NCBI GenBank assembly: GCA_965112635.1
Contig: OZ218778.1
Coordinates: 2,784,001-2,848,000, forward strand
Source of the DNA: an uncultured bacterium
Lineage (GTDB): Bacteria > Oederibacteriota > Oederibacteriia > Oederibacteriales > Oederibacteriaceae
Reading direction: 5' to 3'
Length of the DNA: 64,000 nucleotides
Shown here: positions 59,941 through 64,000 of the stretch, piece by piece
Position numbering within the stretch: the first letter of the stretch is position 1
How the letters are laid out: every line of letters starts with the position of its first letter
Position numbers and translations under genes: made by a program
Notes under the pieces: model-generated
The model's input: only the letters and a program-made list of their open reading frames with translations
Database searches by the model: none
Told to the model about the DNA's origin: nothing

Positions 59941-60129
59941 AAAAAATAAAAAAAGAACATTTCGGTATGCTCCTTGTTCCTTAAACGGCGTTGTTTTACC
60001 GGAGACCTGAGAACTTCCCCGCAACCCGTTCTTTAAGCTGAAAAAGCTTTGTGGCTTTTTTCAGCAGGAGGTTAGCTTTCCCACCCAGACTTTCATCTGA
60101 GCCGGCTTTTCGCTTGTTCTTTCTATTTT
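59941..60129 (-). ncRNA. Riboswitch-like structured leader RNA, copy 2 (family unassigned)
   Basis: Minus strand reads AAAAUAGAAAGAACAAGCGAAAAGCCG-GCUCAGAU GAAA GUCUGGGU-GGGAAAGCUA…GGAGCAUACCGAAAUGUUCUUUUUUUAUUUU, homologous to copy 1. Confidence 0.75.
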
Positions 60130-60137
60130 CCCGGCCG

Positions 60138-60167
60138 ATTCTAAAAATGATTGACCGGGTGTTTCAA
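60138..60167 (-). promoter_or_regulatory. Candidate sigma70 promoter for the copy-2 leader
   Basis: Minus strand TTGAAA-N18-TAGAAT ending about 8 nt before the element. Confidence 0.45.
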
Positions 60168-60305
60168 ATTTGAGTATTTTACAACAATGCTCGAACTTGT
60201 CTAGATGTTTTTTAGGAAAAAACGAAAACTGGTACTATTTTTCAGAGGAACGGCTCAGCTCGTGATCCAGCTTGGAGTTAATGGACTGTGGATTAATCCG
60301 GGGTT

Positions 60306-61244
60306 TTAAAAATTTTTTTTAGCCATTCTAAGGACCTGTTCATAGGAGCGCACATTACCGCTGGCTCCCAAACCCATGACGCAATGGGCTCCGGTAGCGT
60401 TGCCCATGACCAGGGATTTCTTCAGGTCCCACCTTTTTAATATCCCGGTCCAAAATCCGGCGTCCCAATTGTCTCCCGCACCCGTCGCGTCAACCGCCTT
60501 GACCAGGAAAACCGGCTCAAAGAACTTGGAACCGTTCTTGTCAACGGCAAAACAACCTTTGGAACCCATTTTCAGGATGACCGCTTTTTGGACGCCGTAC
60601 TTCAAGGCCGCTTTGACGATATCCTTGGGCTGGCTGAGACCGAAGATTCTTTTGGCTTCCTCTAAACTGGGCATAAAATAATCCACGAATTTAAGACAAG
60701 GCGTCAGTCCCTTCCACTGGTTGCTGGGGTCCCAGCAGGTATCCAGCCCCGTGATCAATCCAAGTTTTTTGGCTCTTTTTAAAAGACGGGCCGTGGGAGC
60801 GCCGTCAAGGCGCGGCATCAGGAAAAATCCCGAAACATGGATGGCCCGGTACCCCTTGAGCACGCTGTCGGGGATATGCTTGTCGGTCAGCAAGGCGCTT
60901 GCGCCGATGGTATGCAGAAAGCTCCGCTCGCCATCGCTGTGGACCGTCACCAGGGTCGCCGAGCTGTGGATCTGGGAAAAGCGCACCGTGTTCTTAGTGA
61001 ACACGCCTTCTTCATTCAACCGCTTGAGCAGAAAATCGCCGAATCCATCGTTACCCACCCCGGTGACGATCCCGGCCTTCATCCCCAGCCGCGACAGACC
61101 GATAGAGGTGTTCACCGCGCAACCGCCGGAAAATAGCCCGATCTTCGCCACCAGCTGGAGCTGTCCCCGCTTAGGCAGCGTTTTGACCGGCTGGGCCAGC
61201 GAATCTGCCACCGCGTTGCCGACGCATAAAATATCCCTCGCCAT
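60306..61244 (-). CDS. PfkB-family carbohydrate kinase
   Basis: GGCAVNT, VGNDGFG, GERSF, DATGAGD. Confidence 0.93.
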   Translation of the reverse strand: MARDILCVGNAVADSLAQPVKTLPKRGQLQLVAKIGLFSGGCAVNTSIGLSRLGMKAGIVTGVGNDGFGDFLLKRLNEEGVFTKNTVRFSQIHSSATLVTVHSDGERSFLHTIGASALLTDKHIPDSVLKGYRAIHVSGFFLMPRLDGAPTARLLKRAKKLGLITGLDTCWDPSNQWKGLTPCLKFVDYFMPSLEEAKRIFGLSQPKDIVKAALKYGVQKAVILKMGSKGCFAVDKNGSKFFEPVFLVKAVDATGAGDNWDAGFWTGILKRWDLKKSLVMGNATGAHCVMGLGASGNVRSYEQVLRMAKKNF

Positions 61245-61256
61245 GGGTTCCCCTTT

Positions 61257-62835
<1,579 letters not shown>

Positions 62836-62854
62836 GTGGACCAAAACCTCCTGT

Positions 62855-63910
62855 TTAGCTGCTGATCCTGGCGGAGGCGGCGTGCAGCTGCCCGCAAGCG
62901 GCGTCGATATCTCCGCCTTTCTCCGTCCTGATCATCGTGCGGATGCCTTTTTTCAACAAAAAATCTTGGAATATTTTAACAGATACTTCATCAGGTTTGA
63001 TAAAAGATTTCTTGCCAGACCGGTTGAAAGGGATAAGGTTGAATTTGCAGGGTATTCCCTGGACGAGTCCGGGGATCTTCTTGGCCTGGTCCAGGCTGTC
63101 GTTGACCCCGGCTAGCAGAACATACTCAAAGGTCACCATTTTCCCTGTCAGGGAGTGGTAGGCCTGAAGGCTGCGGACCAGTTGTTTCAGGGGATAGCGC
63201 CGGTTGATAGGCATCAAGGAAGAGCGCAGGCTATCCTCCGGCGCGTTCAAGGAAACCGCCAGGGACACCGGCCACTTTTCTCTAGCAATCTGCTCGATCT
63301 GCGGCGCCAGACCGCAGGTGGAAAGCGTGACCTTGCGGGAACTTTTATTCAGGCCGTCCTTGTCGTTCAAAAGGAAAACGGCCTTACGCACGTTCTCCAG
63401 GTTGTCCAGGGGTTCCCCCATGCCCATGATCACGATATTGGATATCTGCTGGCCCAGCACCTGTTCCATCTGGATGAGCTGGTCGATGATCTCTCCGCTA
63501 AAAAGGTCCCTTTTAAAACCCATGGCTCCTGTGGCGCAGAAACGGCAGGCTTGGCGGCAGCCCTCCTGAGTGGAGATGCAGGCGGTCATTCTTCCCTCAA
63601 AGGGCAGAGCCACCGATTCTACTTTGCCTCCCCTCCTGAGTTTAAAAAGGAATTTTTTGGTCCCGTCCAGGCGGGAGTTCTGCTGCCGGGCCAGGTCCAG
63701 CGAACTGATCTCGGCCCCGCCCTCAAGCTTTGACTGCAACTCCTTTTTGATGTTGGTCATGGCGCCGAAGTTTTGGGCCCTTTTTTTATACAACCACTCA
63801 AAGACCTGTTCCGCGGTATAGGGCTTGGCGCCAAAATGGGATAGCCAGAGGCTGAGCTCCGGCCGGGTGAGGTCTTTGATGAAGATTTTTTTAGAAGGAG
63901 GGGCGCTCAT
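62855..63910 (-). CDS. rlmN: 23S rRNA/tRNA m2A methyltransferase
   Basis: CRQACRFC radical-SAM motif, MGMGEP, EYVLL, IDAACGQL. Confidence 0.97.
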   Translation of the reverse strand: MSAPPSKKIFIKDLTRPELSLWLSHFGAKPYTAEQVFEWLYKKRAQNFGAMTNIKKELQSKLEGGAEISSLDLARQQNSRLDGTKKFLFKLRRGGKVESVALPFEGRMTACISTQEGCRQACRFCATGAMGFKRDLFSGEIIDQLIQMEQVLGQQISNIVIMGMGEPLDNLENVRKAVFLLNDKDGLNKSSRKVTLSTCGLAPQIEQIAREKWPVSLAVSLNAPEDSLRSSLMPINRRYPLKQLVRSLQAYHSLTGKMVTFEYVLLAGVNDSLDQAKKIPGLVQGIPCKFNLIPFNRSGKKSFIKPDEVSVKIFQDFLLKKGIRTMIRTEKGGDIDAACGQLHAASARISS

Positions 63911-64000
63911 CGGGATGGGTTCAGTACCCGCCGCCGTTGTTAGCCGGCGGCTTTGCTTCGCAGCGGATTCCCGACTCGCCGACCAGCTCCTGGACCTGAC

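Noticed and set aside
60066-60080. AGCUAACCUC word, as in c-di-AMP (ydaO) riboswitches
   Set aside because: The other ydaO motifs (GCUGAAUC, GGGGAACC, CCCGAA) are absent and the word is not conserved in copy 1.
63975-64000. GUCAGGUCC on the minus strand, reminiscent of SRP RNA, with ffh in the window
   Set aside because: It is not followed by GNRA-GGAAGCAG and is more likely the tail of an upstream CDS cut by the window edge.

Overview
A 64-kb, mostly minus-strand chromosomal segment of a diderm bacterium. The many secreted Thr/Ser/Pro-linker proteins with C-terminal Ig-like sorting domains plus a PorV/PorQ-type barrel suggest an FCPU426/Goldbacteria-like lineage, but that is inference. Housekeeping genes (rlmN, rpe, ffh, pgeF, yggS, pncA/pncB, proC, PNP, mtnA, ileS, lspA, lgt, rluD, tmk, galT, galK) are interleaved with accessory blocks: an uncharacterised sugar-catabolic operon bracketed by two URO-D-family paralogues, three nitroreductases, a large FAD/Fe-S oxidoreductase, a low-GC patch, several secreted modular proteins and a membrane adenylate cyclase with large insertions. 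The strongest unexplained signal is a conserved, covarying, riboswitch-like RNA element present twice (45844-45990 on +, 59941-60129 on -). Each copy sits between a promoter and the ribosome-binding site of an unrelated gene. Other notable items are a C-tract frameshift that uncouples a beta-helix protein from its sorting domain, two probable non-canonical start codons (ATA, ATT), and a leaderless membrane-bound HTH gene with four direct-repeat operators. I saw no tRNA, rRNA, CRISPR array or transposase.
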